Part shown: one piece after another, positions 10,854 through 21,575 of the stretch
How positions within the stretch are numbered: position 1 is the first letter of the stretch
Layout: the number at the start of each line of letters is the position of its first letter
Source: a virus
Taxonomy: Duplodnaviria; Caudoviricetes
Strand: one strand, 5' to 3'
Length of the DNA stretch: 64,000 nucleotides
Virus record (IMG/VR): IMGVR_UViG_3300044557_000185
Span: 44,379-108,378 of that record
Made by a program: the position numbers and the translations under genes
The notes under the pieces: model-generated
Told to the model about the DNA's origin: nothing
Seen by the model: the letters and a program-made list of their open reading frames with translations, nothing else
Databases searched by the model: none

Positions 10854-11354
10854 CTAGAGCTCAGAAGCTCTTGTGTATTTAGCTGTGAAATTGTAGGTAG
10901 CTTGCCTGGCGCCAGTGTTGTTGACCTGTATGCCATTAGTCACATTCGTTATGATGACGCCCTGATAGCCCAAAGCTTTAGTCGGGGCGCCATCTTCATC
11001 TATAGTGACCCATACAAGCTGCATCGCACCAAGCTTGATCTGTTGCTTGAACAGATCTACTAGATCCTTAGCGCCCTTGAACTTGCCATTGAATATGGAG
11101 CTGAACAAGCCTTGAGCTCTTAAAGCATACATCGAGAAGTTAAGCGTGCCAGAGCTGACTGCCATCGGCGGTATAATAGCTCTTGGTCTCTGATCGCCTA
11201 TAGCCATGACATCCATAGCTGAACCAAGTGCAGGCTGGCCTGAATCGTTGAATGACACTATCAGATCAAGTGCTTTGCCTTCGAACTGCAGCACTCCATA
11301 CCCTGCTCCATAAATCGAATAGTCGCGAGCGTTATATCCTAAATTTTCAGCCAT
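10854..11354 (-). CDS. tail tube protein
   Basis: 166 aa, beta-rich; DSGQPALG..VMAIGDQRPRAI; adjacent to sheath. Confidence 0.7.
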   Translation of the reverse strand: MAENLGYNARDYSIYGAGYGVLQFEGKALDLIVSFNDSGQPALGSAMDVMAIGDQRPRAIIPPMAVSSGTLNFSMYALRAQGLFSSIFNGKFKGAKDLVDLFKQQIKLGAMQLVWVTIDEDGAPTKALGYQGVIITNVTNGIQVNNTGARQATYNFTAKYTRASEL

Positions 11355-11358
11355 TTAC

Positions 11359-12282
11359 TTATCTTTCTTTAGTAAGAGCATTTCTATAATTGTCAATTTC
11401 TTGCTCCTTAAAGAGCTTGAAAGTCATATCGTGTTCTTTGCAATATTCCTTTGCAGCTTGAACTTTAATCTGAACATTTGCAAAGGTGACAGTATATGCA
11501 GACTTAATTTCGACTAAGTCTTTGTGACCATCTTTGAAGGTGACAAGAAAGTCTGGAAAATAACGATGCCCCGTTGGAAGCTGTATCGTAAAGTTAGGTC
11601 TATCAAAATCTTGAATGCTGTCATCCTTCAACATAAGCTCGCAGAAAGTCTGTTCGTAAGTCGAATCTGTAGGAATAGTCTTACCAGACTTTGTGATAGC
11701 TTTACCACGTATACCATTCCATTTTTCAATCATAGCTATTCTTTCTTCATCAGAAAGATTCGCCCAACGCTCTTTTACTATTTCACTCATTAGAGCTCTA
11801 TGTTCTGGTGATCTGGCTATAGCTCGTTTCTTTGCAAAGCATTCAGGAGTATGAAGCTTATAATTGTCTTTATGCAAACGATACTGTTCTTTAGCTAGTT
11901 CTCTAAGCTTTTTATTAGCTTCTGGCGTGCTTAGTGCTTCATGAATGTGTTGACAACGAACAGCTTTCTTTTCAGGATCTTCCCAAGATCGCTTGATATT
12001 CTTTGCATATCTAGCTTTGTATTCTGGATCGTTATTGCGCTTAGATATGCTTTCAGACAAACGCTTCCTATAATCTTCATTCTGCCAGTTTCGCTTTGAC
12101 AGTTCCGAAAGCTTTTCTCTTACTTCTGGCGTATTCAGTGCCTTTTTAGTATTTTGAGAGATCTTTCTAGAAACATCTGGATTATGCTTGTTTGCTTTAT
12201 GATTGTGATAGCCTCGTATGTTCTTGCATTCTTTATTGCATATTTCGCAAATTACCACGACATCCTCCGTTCCCACTCTCAA
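11359..12282 (-). CDS. free-standing homing endonuclease (C2H2 finger, basic helical repeats, TnsA-N-like PD-(D/E)XK domain)
   Basis: CEICNKEC..H...H; repeated REKLS/KRLS motifs; YFPDF...LVEIKS; likely start GTG at 12258 after GGAGG. Confidence 0.75.
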   Translation of the reverse strand: MRVGTEDVVVICEICNKECKNIRGYHNHKANKHNPDVSRKISQNTKKALNTPEVREKLSELSKRNWQNEDYRKRLSESISKRNNDPEYKARYAKNIKRSWEDPEKKAVRCQHIHEALSTPEANKKLRELAKEQYRLHKDNYKLHTPECFAKKRAIARSPEHRALMSEIVKERWANLSDEERIAMIEKWNGIRGKAITKSGKTIPTDSTYEQTFCELMLKDDSIQDFDRPNFTIQLPTGHRYFPDFLVTFKDGHKDLVEIKSAYTVTFANVQIKVQAAKEYCKEHDMTFKLFKEQEIDNYRNALTKER

Positions 12283-12343
12283 TTACAGCCATCTTTCAAA
12301 GCCTTCCTTAATGAATCCTATATTGTATATTGTATCCGGTAGA

Positions 12344-14566
12344 TTATGAATTGTAGGAATTTGCGCCCTCTCTTACTATGTCTACCGAATTGATGTACGG
12401 TATCATAGAATCCCATAGTCTGAAGTCTTTGTCATAGCTGCTTGCTAGATAGTGCCTGTACTTCTCAGTAATGCCAATGCCAGAGCCTATCTTCTTGCCA
12501 GCATTAGTACCGAATGATACGATCTTGCTAGCATCTGCAGGCGTAGCTACCCTGCAAGCGTCTATGAATGAAGACGTGGAGTTGCGCACAGCAGCTTCTA
12601 TGTCTGAGAACTGTATCCATGAGCCATATGTGAGAGTAGATGCCCACTCTTTCAGAATAGACTGGACTTGCAGCAATACAGCGTCGTTGGATGCACCAAG
12701 CACATTCTGTATGACCAGCCTTATGTCAAGACCGACAGAAATAGCTTGTCTAGAAATGACATCCGTAGAGATCTGTCTGTTCGCATCAAGAAGAGCGTCT
12801 GTTATTGCTACAGTGCGATTGTATGAGTAGCTGAAGTTCATGACAGACGAGTCTGATGGGACAGATGAGCCTGGGACCCATGCTATCGCATCTATCTCGC
12901 GCTGAGTTCCAGCATTCAGATTCTGCTGCTTCAGAAGCCTGTAGTTCGTACCCATAACATACATTGCGCCAGATATGTTCAGTGACTCTGGGATAGTCAG
13001 CACTGGAGAGAACCCAAGGACCTGCATCTTAGTGCCATTCTGAGGATGCGTTCCGTCTTCGTAGTAGTAGTCGTTCATGTTCCATATCGAGCCAGCAACA
13101 TTGTCGATAGTCTTGGAATTGACTTGAGCGCATTCTGTCATGTCATAAGACTCTACGCCATCTACGAACACATCCACTTTGTTGACTAGCGGAGGATTTG
13201 CTGCAGGGTCATTTCTTGACTCTATAGAGCAGTATTCATGCTTGAAGAACAAGAAGTCTCCGACATTGAAATTGACGCTAGCATTGAAAGCGTCTGCAAG
13301 CTTTGCTCTGTAGACAGCGTCTGTCCATATTTCTTGTCCTCCAGATATAGGAGCAGATACTTCGCATTTGAAGCCAGATCTGTCTGGCAAAGTCAGCATA
13401 GCGCCTGATGCTACAGATCTTGGAGCTAAGTCTTCAGACTCCACTGGTACCGCTGCAGATGCTATAGCTCCCGAATAGATAGTGGCATCCGACTTAGTCG
13501 AATACACATTGCCGCTAGAGTCCTGAAGTCTTGTGCCTGCCTTAAGGACATAATTAGACTTCTGAGCTACATCGAAGCCGAATGAGACTGTTCCAGTAGC
13601 AGATGAGCCAGAGAATCTGCCTAGACCGATCTTAGTGCCAAGTGCATCCAGGTCAGCTCCGTACATGTTGTCAAGGTTCAAGTCTGCAGAAGACTTGTAC
13701 AGCTTAACGACTGGCTGAGCGCCATATGATGTGTCTACGAAGTAGTCTTTGCCTTCTACATATGCATGCTCATTAGCTGTTCCTGGCTCCTTGACAAGAT
13801 ATGTCTGTCTTGGCCATGTGAACTTTGAGCATGGTATCATAGACTGGAAGCCGATGCCACCGCCTAGAGATTGCGGAAGATTGACGACTTCAAGCTGCTC
13901 TTCCCATCTCTCGATAGGGCCTATGACATTGACTCTGCTGTTGCCGACTACATTCATAGCAGTGCCCATGTATGCATCTTCAGTGCCAGCTACGTTTCTC
14001 AGGAATGTAGCTCGTATTCTAGCTCTAAGTTCTGCGTCAGTCTCTACATCATAGCCGCCAGTGAAGTTGTATCTGTTCTCGACTTTCAGGTCTTTTATGT
14101 AGAAGTTGCTTGCTATCTGATTGATCGAATAAGCATTAGCATTTCCCTGAACGCCTGGAGTAGTGCATGTTGCATTGACGAATACTTCATATTGAGCTAC
14201 AGGTATGATTGCTGCATCATTAGTGCTGTATATCAGCGAGCCGTCTGTTATCTGGAAGTCAGAAGGTATGTCTACTTCTACAGTAGCTGGCGTGTCAAGA
14301 TAGAATCTGACTTGACCTGTAGCTTTCAATCCGCTCTGTCTGCCAAAGCCAAGCCATGATGCTAGAGCATCAAGATCTGCGCCGCTTTTTGAGTCTATGT
14401 CGAAGAATGACATGTTGACTTGAGCATTGATGTCTATGCCAGATGCTACAGAAGCCGCGGCATCCAGTATCTTTCGTATCGGGTCTCCGACATCTGTGCT
14501 TATGTTCGGGTCGATAGTGTTCAGCGCTTTGACAAGCTGGTCAGACCATTCAGCAGGAGTCTTCAC
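12344..14566 (-). CDS. baseplate J-like wedge protein
   Basis: GADLDAL...G.GR...ATG.V.F and FTGGYDVETDAELRARI motifs. Confidence 0.9.
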   Translation of the reverse strand: MKTPAEWSDQLVKALNTIDPNISTDVGDPIRKILDAAASVASGIDINAQVNMSFFDIDSKSGADLDALASWLGFGRQSGLKATGQVRFYLDTPATVEVDIPSDFQITDGSLIYSTNDAAIIPVAQYEVFVNATCTTPGVQGNANAYSINQIASNFYIKDLKVENRYNFTGGYDVETDAELRARIRATFLRNVAGTEDAYMGTAMNVVGNSRVNVIGPIERWEEQLEVVNLPQSLGGGIGFQSMIPCSKFTWPRQTYLVKEPGTANEHAYVEGKDYFVDTSYGAQPVVKLYKSSADLNLDNMYGADLDALGTKIGLGRFSGSSATGTVSFGFDVAQKSNYVLKAGTRLQDSSGNVYSTKSDATIYSGAIASAAVPVESEDLAPRSVASGAMLTLPDRSGFKCEVSAPISGGQEIWTDAVYRAKLADAFNASVNFNVGDFLFFKHEYCSIESRNDPAANPPLVNKVDVFVDGVESYDMTECAQVNSKTIDNVAGSIWNMNDYYYEDGTHPQNGTKMQVLGFSPVLTIPESLNISGAMYVMGTNYRLLKQQNLNAGTQREIDAIAWVPGSSVPSDSSVMNFSYSYNRTVAITDALLDANRQISTDVISRQAISVGLDIRLVIQNVLGASNDAVLLQVQSILKEWASTLTYGSWIQFSDIEAAVRNSTSSFIDACRVATPADASKIVSFGTNAGKKIGSGIGITEKYRHYLASSYDKDFRLWDSMIPYINSVDIVREGANSYNS

Positions 14567-14580
14567 TATGTTCTCCTTTC

Positions 14581-15903
14581 CTACTTGCTCTTCTCAGGCA
14601 TCATCGAAAGAGTGCCATCAGAATTGTTGACAGACATGAGCGACATCTCTGGAAGATATGTTATGTCAGACGATGACGAGAATGACTTCATTCTGTACTG
14701 ATGCCCGCTTACTTGCCCTCCAGATGCTATTATGCTCTTAGACTGCTCTAGCTCGTACTCATTCTGGCTGTCGTACTGGAAAGTGTATGACGACCCGTCT
14801 TTGTTCAGAGCTGGAGCACTCAATGGAGTCTTTCCGTACTTGCCACCAGGGAAGTTGTCAGGAGAGTCTATCCTGTCGAACTGCTTCCAGTCAGACCACT
14901 GTATCGACGAAGTCTTCTCGGAGAAGCTAGTCTCGTCTTTTGTCGTAGACTCGTATTCCGACTGGTATGAGATGTTCTTTATCTGAGTGTTGTTTGACTT
15001 GTCGTACACATAGTACTCAGAATACTCTTGCGTCCTGTTCTCTATGTTCTTACGTACTTCTGCTTGATCACCAAGATTAAGATTGAAGTTTGCATCGTAG
15101 CCATAAGCTATCTCATCAAACAAGTATTCTGGAGGTGGCAGCTTAGATGAGTCTACTGCATTAGTCAGAGTCTTGACTATCTCGAAGTATGACGAAGATG
15201 CAGATATGTCTCTTAGATCGTCCTCTTTGTATGATGCAAGTCCGTTTGTGTCTATAGTGACGATGACATCTGCAGGCTTGATCCTGTCTAAGACTCTCAG
15301 AAGCAGGTCTTTCTGCTGAGGAGTTATGTCTTTGTTGTCTGGGACTATGACTACTTCATTTCTGAGAAGATACTGCATTCTGCCGACAGTCTCATCGCGC
15401 TTCTCATAGCGCCAAGTCTCGTACATCTCACAGTCATCGAATGTGACAGACCTCACTGCTTCCTTGAAGCCTTTGACAGTACCGCCATCATTCATAGCGC
15501 GCATCATGTCGACGAAGCGCTCTTTGTACCATGACTCCTTGACTAGAGCTTCATTAGCTTCATCTACTGTAAGCAACGCTGCATCAGTATCGAACGAAGT
15601 CTTTTCTGAGTATACTCTTGGAAGCCCGTATATGGAAGCAAAAAGCTGGTCTACAAATCCAAGCCAAGCTGTTTCTACACCACCATTTAGCCAGTCTTTT
15701 ACAGAAGCTGCTAGAAGCTGTCCAAAGCCTGCTTGTCCACATACTACTTCTACAATGTGCCTTAGATGGCTTGAAGCTGTCTTGTCATATACGTCATCAT
15801 CAAAATGAGCCATTATGCTGTCTATGTCAATAGATGACAGCACTGGCAGCGTAGAGGGCATGAAGACCATGTCCTGGCCAAGAGAGCTTTCTTGCTCAGT
15901 CAT
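14581..15903 (-). CDS. baseplate wedge subunit (gpI-like)
   Basis: GGTVKGFKEAV, LDRIKPADV motifs; next to baseplate J. Confidence 0.65.
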   Translation of the reverse strand: MTEQESSLGQDMVFMPSTLPVLSSIDIDSIMAHFDDDVYDKTASSHLRHIVEVVCGQAGFGQLLAASVKDWLNGGVETAWLGFVDQLFASIYGLPRVYSEKTSFDTDAALLTVDEANEALVKESWYKERFVDMMRAMNDGGTVKGFKEAVRSVTFDDCEMYETWRYEKRDETVGRMQYLLRNEVVIVPDNKDITPQQKDLLLRVLDRIKPADVIVTIDTNGLASYKEDDLRDISASSSYFEIVKTLTNAVDSSKLPPPEYLFDEIAYGYDANFNLNLGDQAEVRKNIENRTQEYSEYYVYDKSNNTQIKNISYQSEYESTTKDETSFSEKTSSIQWSDWKQFDRIDSPDNFPGGKYGKTPLSAPALNKDGSSYTFQYDSQNEYELEQSKSIIASGGQVSGHQYRMKSFSSSSDITYLPEMSLMSVNNSDGTLSMMPEKSK

Positions 15904-16134
15904 GACTTTCTTGCTACTTCTTCTCTATCTTAGACAGAATGACTGATATGATCGCTACTATTGCTAGTATAGAAAGCATTATGAAATTCAAGATAGCTGC
16001 TCCTATAGCTTGTATTTGATGATGAGACCTATATCTCTATATAATCTATTATATCAAACAAGCTACGGTTTGCGATGTTTTCGCTGCTCTCTTTTGCATG
16101 AACATCATTGTCCATAGCAACATACAGCAAAAAG

Positions 16135-16659
16135 CTACATCAGATTTTTGATGGCACGCATTGAATACTGTTGTGCTAGCATGTCGATTACATCTTCTTT
16201 TGTTATGCTAGACACTATGCTGCTGACTTTGCTGCGCAATGCTTTATTGTCGCTGATGTCATGTTTCAGATTCGATATGACAGCATCAGAGAAGTTGTCT
16301 AGATCGTCTTCTATTGCATTAGAATCAGCATCATGCATTATGCCATGTATGACATTCTTGTCTTCGTATAGTTTGTTCAATACGAACATTCTAGCTGCTT
16401 TGCTAATGACATTTGCTGTATTGCGTCTTTTGACTGATTCGTCTGCATAATCGAAATCGTTTTCTGAATCTATGCTCTTGAATGATTGCTTGTCATAGCT
16501 ATGCACAGTTCTGATTAAGCGTTCAGATTCGCAATTGCGATACTTGATGGGATTGGAAGACCTTCTAGACTTCTTTCTCTTCTTGAATGCTTTAGCACCT
16601 ATGACTATCATATCTGAATCATCTAGCATATCGTCTCTTTCTGCATTACTGCAATTCAT
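16135..16659 (-). CDS. hypothetical protein
   Basis: 174-aa ORF. Confidence 0.55.
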   Translation of the reverse strand: MNCSNAERDDMLDDSDMIVIGAKAFKKRKKSRRSSNPIKYRNCESERLIRTVHSYDKQSFKSIDSENDFDYADESVKRRNTANVISKAARMFVLNKLYEDKNVIHGIMHDADSNAIEDDLDNFSDAVISNLKHDISDNKALRSKVSSIVSSITKEDVIDMLAQQYSMRAIKNLM

Positions 16660-16771
16660 TTCAGATTCTCGTATTTTTTCGCAAGCATTACTGCCAAGCT
16701 AGATATTGGTTTGAAGACCAATATGACTATCGTAGTCTATTTGAAAAATCACTCTATTTTAGAATCAGAAA

Positions 16772-17086
16772 TCAGATGCTTTCAAGTTCTGAACGTCTTC
16801 TATCCATTACATGAAGTCTGTTATTGATAGATTCATACAAATCGAATGTCTTCTTGTCTTTTACTGGAACATTTGGCAAAGTCATTTCTGTATAAGCATA
16901 TAGAACATCTAGCTCTTTGATCAAATTAGCATTCAAGTCTTCATAATGATTAAGCAAAGCATACGAAATCTTTGAGTCAAGCTTAAGCCATTGCTCTTGA
17001 TTGAATGCAAGTCTGTTCATTTTAGATTTCGTGAATAGTGAATGATATGATTCATCTGCAAATTCATTTTCATTTTCAATGCTCAT
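16772..17086 (-). CDS. hypothetical protein
   Basis: 104-aa ORF. Confidence 0.55.
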   Translation of the reverse strand: MSIENENEFADESYHSLFTKSKMNRLAFNQEQWLKLDSKISYALLNHYEDLNANLIKELDVLYAYTEMTLPNVPVKDKKTFDLYESINNRLHVMDRRRSELESI

Positions 17087-17598
17087 GTTAGATTCTTCTT
17101 TCTATGATAAGATATTTAGATGTTGATGTGTATTCTAAGCATACTTGTCCTATTTCAGGGAAATAGCCCTGAACTGCTGTCTATAAAACAAGCTTCGGAT
17201 ATAGAGTATTCTATGCTGTGCAGACATTGAGGATATTGTGGTCCTCAGACTTGCATTTGCTCTGAGCATTAGATGGAACTCGTAGGCTATGCCTCTTAAG
17301 CAGACCATGAATTTCAGCATTTCTGAAGTTGCTGATCCCATCTTGCATCAGATGCAAGCACGAACAAAGATGCCAGGCTATTTCAGTACCTGCACATATG
17401 GTTGAATTGCTTCTGGATGTGAAAGCTACTGCCATCCAAAGTACTGCATGATCATCAAGCATATCGAAATCGTATGATGTCAGTAATCAACTCAATCGAT
17501 ATTAGCTCATGCAGCAAAAGACCATATGCTAGACACAATGTCCATGTCTGTATTGCTCAACACAATCTTATCATAGATTGTCACCAACCTATATGAAT

Positions 17599-17627
17599 AT
17601 TATATAACACTTTTTAGCAAATGTAAA
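17599..17627 (-). promoter_or_regulatory. conserved sigma70-type phage promoter
   Basis: TTTACA-N17-TATAAT. Confidence 0.75.
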
Positions 17628-17717
17628 ATAGTGGATTTACTAGTCTATATAATTATATGGATACTAAACAACGATTTCAATCTGGATAAACCTGACAACA
17701 ACTGGAATGCTTCAGAT

Positions 17718-17746
17718 TTTACTTTTATACAATTATGCTATATAAT
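17718..17746 (+). promoter_or_regulatory. conserved sigma70-type phage promoter
   Basis: TTTACT-N17-TATAAT. Confidence 0.75.
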
Positions 17747-17972
17747 ACAACTACAAAAACAAAATCAGAAAGTAACTTCAAAAGCAAGTAATTTTGCTAT
17801 ACTAACTTCCACTTTTTCGCAATAGCTTTAGATGTCAATAAAAGACGAAGTACATAGCTTCGTAGACGATTTTGCATTTAATGTATTGACGGGCAATTTC
17901 TATTATTGCACTTTTTGCATGCAGAGCAATAATTATATTTTTAAAGAATATAATTATTTGTATGCTTGTGAT

Positions 17973-18001
17973 TTTACTTTGATAAAAATATGGTATATAA
18001 T
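17973..18001 (+). promoter_or_regulatory. conserved sigma70-type phage promoter
   Basis: TTTACT-N17-TATAAT upstream of 18047. Confidence 0.8.
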
Positions 18002-18046
18002 ATAATTATAAACCAATAAAGGTTTATACAAAAAGAAGGAATCAAA

Positions 18047-18520
18047 ATGCAAGACTACGATTATTCGATGACTAAAAGCACTTATAAAGGTGTTAGCTAT
18101 TATGAAGCTGAAGGTCAGACTGAAGCTTATGATCTTGGAAAGACCACTATTGACATTCTTAATGACAATAAAGATCGACTTCTTAGCAATGGTAATGAAA
18201 CAGTAATCTTCAATGGTTATTCTGAATCTGGCTATTATTGCAAGAGCATTAAAATGTCAAATGCAATTGTCTATTCTCCAATTGAGAAGAATATCAAGTC
18301 TGTTCTTTATGCTAAAGACGAATTCTTGTCAAGTGACAATTATGATTCAGAAAACGATTATGCAATGGCTCTGCAATCATATCTAATCGAACGAAAGAAG
18401 CAAATTGTAGCTCGTGGTGGATATGCAAAGATTGGGCTTTCATTCTATATGGAGTCTATGACATTAGACTCTGATATCGTAGATGAGATTGTGCATATGA
18501 ATGATAGCCTATTGATGTGA
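18047..18520 (+). CDS. hypothetical protein
   Basis: AAGGA RBS and promoter upstream. Confidence 0.75.
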   Translation: MQDYDYSMTKSTYKGVSYYEAEGQTEAYDLGKTTIDILNDNKDRLLSNGNETVIFNGYSESGYYCKSIKMSNAIVYSPIEKNIKSVLYAKDEFLSSDNYDSENDYAMALQSYLIERKKQIVARGGYAKIGLSFYMESMTLDSDIVDEIVHMNDSLLM

Positions 18521-18549
18521 TTTTAAGAAAGACAGAAAGAATTGGAAAA

Positions 18550-18930
18550 ATGAGCGTTTCTGCTCAGCAGATACACTGGCTTGACATAGCTACAGAACTT
18601 GCTAAGCTCAGTTCATGCAAGAAGAAACACGGTGCTTTAGTCGTAAGAAGCAACAATGTTCTGTCTGTCGGAATCAACAAGATGCGAAACAATCCTGCAT
18701 ACATGCTAGACAGACCATCAGGCATATCTGTTCATGCTGAAGAGCAAGCTTTGAAGGCATGCAGAGGTGATGCAGGCAATTCTACTATCTACGTAGCTAG
18801 AGTCTATTCTGATGGCACAGCCACGATGTCTAAGCCATGCAAGAGATGCCAGAAGCTGATGAAAGCAGCTAACGTAAAGAATGCAGTGTATACAGACTGG
18901 CATGGCAATGCTTGCATCATGCATGTATGA
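18550..18930 (+). CDS. cytidine/dCMP deaminase family protein
   Basis: HAEEQAL and PCKRC zinc motifs; KHGALVV. Confidence 0.85.
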   Translation: MSVSAQQIHWLDIATELAKLSSCKKKHGALVVRSNNVLSVGINKMRNNPAYMLDRPSGISVHAEEQALKACRGDAGNSTIYVARVYSDGTATMSKPCKRCQKLMKAANVKNAVYTDWHGNACIMHV

Positions 18931-19052
18931 TTTACGACGTTGTTCTATGTGAACTTGAAGTATTAGGTCTATATAATTTATAATACCTATTACTGAAGTA
19001 TCACACGATTAAACGTCGTTATTATGATGATATACTGAATGCAAATGTAGAA
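18931..19052 (+). repeat. dispersed intergenic palindrome, copy 3 (between convergent genes)
   Basis: ACGACGTTGTTCT...TATATAATTTATAA...AAACGTCGT plus GATGATATACTGAATG tail. Confidence 0.85.
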
Positions 19053-21554
19053 TCATAATCCAACTTTTCCAGTATTCGTCTCAACTGGAGAAGATATCTG
19101 CACATTTGTAGCTCCGCCATTAGTAGCGGACCAAGAATGAGTTACAGACTCTACGAATACAGTAACGCCTGCACCTTCTAGCCTGAGTCTTATGCCTGGC
19201 AGTATCTCTGGTCTGAATGTTATCTTCAAAGTATTCGAGAAGCAAGCTGCCCATCTCTCCATGAAGATCAGCAAAGCTTTGACAGCTGTCATAGTCGAGT
19301 CTATTATGTAGTTGTCAGTAGTATCGTATACTGAGACCCCGAATCTTTGCAATAGCTGAGATGCTGTCTTGCATCCTGTTATCGATATGTCTACAAGCTT
19401 GAGAAGACTGTCACCCTGCTTCTCCAATGATATAGTGCCATTTGATTGCAGAAGTCTTTGCACTTCATCGAATGTGCCTAGAGTTACTCCATACTGAGTG
19501 TCCATATGCTCTCTAGTAAGCAAGTAGACATGAGAAGTGTACATTGACTTGTTGAAGTCTGCAGAGTAGTCTACTATCTCGTACTGAGGTATCGATATCT
19601 CGTTGTTAAGAATGCCAGATGCATGAAGCTTGCCGAAGTAGTCTGGAACGAATGCTGCAAACGATCCATCTGGCAAAGTCATGAACTCTCTCATAGACCC
19701 TTTGCAAAGCGATTGCACGAATTCAAGCGCAGGCTTGTCATTGTACAGAGCTAATGGGCCAGTAAGAGCTTCAGACTCATAGCTTGGTGTCTGCCCTACA
19801 TAAGTGACATACTTGAACAGCTTGTATGCTAGGTCTTCAGCAGTAGCAGTAGCAGAGTCAGACGAACTGCCATCTGATGAGCCAGAGTCGTCAGAAGACC
19901 CAGTCACTCCAGTAGGTCTAAGATACCCTGCAAGCGAATAGCCACCAGAGTTCTTTGGCATCGTCATTCTGAAGACAGTTGGTATTGACCCTCCCTGCGA
20001 CAAGCAGTCCACGCCTGATCCCTTGTCAGAAAGCACTATAGCGACATGCCCATATCCTCCATCACCAGGACTGCTTCTCCACAGCACTATGTCGCCTTTC
20101 TGGCATGTTTCGCTTGGAGGTATCTTCTTCAGCACATTTCCGCTAGATCCTTTCGGCATAGCATTGTAGAAAGCGCCATTTCCTCCAGCATCTTGCATCA
20201 TCTCTGGACTGCCCATGCTGAAGCCCAAGACTTCCTTGCCGTAAGACAGGTACAGATCCCAGCACTGATGCCCGAAAGCTCCATCTACATCAAGAGATGG
20301 AGTGCCATCAGCATGCTTCTTCAGGAATGCATCTAGCTTTCTATCCATAGCTGTCGATCCAGTAGCTGAATTTGATGTATGCGAACTAGACGAGCCAGAC
20401 GAAGAAGAGCTGTTAGTCTTACCAATCTGCTTGTCTATGAAAGCTTTCCACTTGTCAAGAGTCTTGTAAGTAGTATTGCCAATCTTAAGATAGGCATTGC
20501 TTGGAAGCTTCAGATCAGCTTTGCCTTTTTTGTCTTTGATATTGAGACCAGTGAAATAGTAGAATATGATGCAAGCAGCATCTTCACTTCCTGTGCCTTT
20601 TGATATGTCTAAGCATATAGCTTTCATAGCTTTGTCCTGAGCAGATGCTGAGCAGTCTTTAGCTGCTTTGTCGATCTTAGCCCATTTCTTCATCTGCTCT
20701 TGAGTCAGACCATACTTGCCAGTATGACCTTCTCCATCCATATGCGTCCAGTCATAAGTGGTATTGCTGTTTGCATTGACGAATCCAACTTTTTTGCCCA
20801 CATCATTCATGTTAGATTTAGCATCAAGATTCAGCATTTTCTTGATGACGCCTTGATAAGAATCTACATCTCCAGCTGCAGCAGATCCATTTTTGCTAGA
20901 AGAAGCATCAGACATGTTAGTTGGACCGAACAGCTGCTGGAATATAGACAGAGCCATGTCATCAGACTGAGCTTTGCCGTCAGTTATCGATCCTATTATG
21001 TCTTCTACGAACTTATTCTGATTAGGGAACTTAGCTATCTTTATCATGCTAGACGGAAAGCCGCAGACATCTTGCAAGAACTGCACTAGCTGAGACCCTG
21101 ATTCTGCGTCATTGCTTGACTTGCTATCATTGCTAAGTACAGACATTGTGCCGTTCCAGTACTTCTCTATAGCTTTAGTGGAATACGGATCCCAGTAGAT
21201 GTAGTGCAAGTCGCCTATAGCATCTTCACAATCGAATGAGTAGCTTATATTGTAGAAGCCGAAAGCTGGGCATTTCGATATCTTGCCAGTGAAAGCTTCT
21301 ATAGTCTTGTCGTTCTTTAGGAAGCTTATGTGCACAGCATCGCCAGGGTGCAGCTTCCATTTACCAGCGCTGTACTTGCCCTGAGAATACGATCCTGCAT
21401 TGTTCAGAGTGACTGAGGCTGTAGATATAGCAGACTTTCGTCTTGATACAGTGACAGACTCAACATCATCAGACACGTCTATTATGGAGTTGTTTGCAAG
21501 ACGCACCATGACTTCCACTCCAGAATAGAAAGCTTCTGTTACTTGATTGCTCAT
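19053..21554 (-). CDS. baseplate hub / tail-associated lysin with CHAP-like amidase domain
   Basis: Hub N- and C-termini (RPEILPGIRL, VESVTHSW); internal DVDGAFGHQCWDL...GDIVLW...YGHVAIV. Confidence 0.8.
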   Translation of the reverse strand: MSNQVTEAFYSGVEVMVRLANNSIIDVSDDVESVTVSRRKSAISTASVTLNNAGSYSQGKYSAGKWKLHPGDAVHISFLKNDKTIEAFTGKISKCPAFGFYNISYSFDCEDAIGDLHYIYWDPYSTKAIEKYWNGTMSVLSNDSKSSNDAESGSQLVQFLQDVCGFPSSMIKIAKFPNQNKFVEDIIGSITDGKAQSDDMALSIFQQLFGPTNMSDASSSKNGSAAAGDVDSYQGVIKKMLNLDAKSNMNDVGKKVGFVNANSNTTYDWTHMDGEGHTGKYGLTQEQMKKWAKIDKAAKDCSASAQDKAMKAICLDISKGTGSEDAACIIFYYFTGLNIKDKKGKADLKLPSNAYLKIGNTTYKTLDKWKAFIDKQIGKTNSSSSSGSSSSHTSNSATGSTAMDRKLDAFLKKHADGTPSLDVDGAFGHQCWDLYLSYGKEVLGFSMGSPEMMQDAGGNGAFYNAMPKGSSGNVLKKIPPSETCQKGDIVLWRSSPGDGGYGHVAIVLSDKGSGVDCLSQGGSIPTVFRMTMPKNSGGYSLAGYLRPTGVTGSSDDSGSSDGSSSDSATATAEDLAYKLFKYVTYVGQTPSYESEALTGPLALYNDKPALEFVQSLCKGSMREFMTLPDGSFAAFVPDYFGKLHASGILNNEISIPQYEIVDYSADFNKSMYTSHVYLLTREHMDTQYGVTLGTFDEVQRLLQSNGTISLEKQGDSLLKLVDISITGCKTASQLLQRFGVSVYDTTDNYIIDSTMTAVKALLIFMERWAACFSNTLKITFRPEILPGIRLRLEGAGVTVFVESVTHSWSATNGGATNVQISSPVETNTGKVGL

Positions 21555-21575
21555 TCTTGTCTTCCTGCCGTATTC

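Noticed and set aside
17150-17590. IS200 tnpA pseudogene (YRHGHCV*HMVF..., DDHA)
   Set aside because: Similarity is too short and interrupted; no intact HUH or catalytic Tyr.
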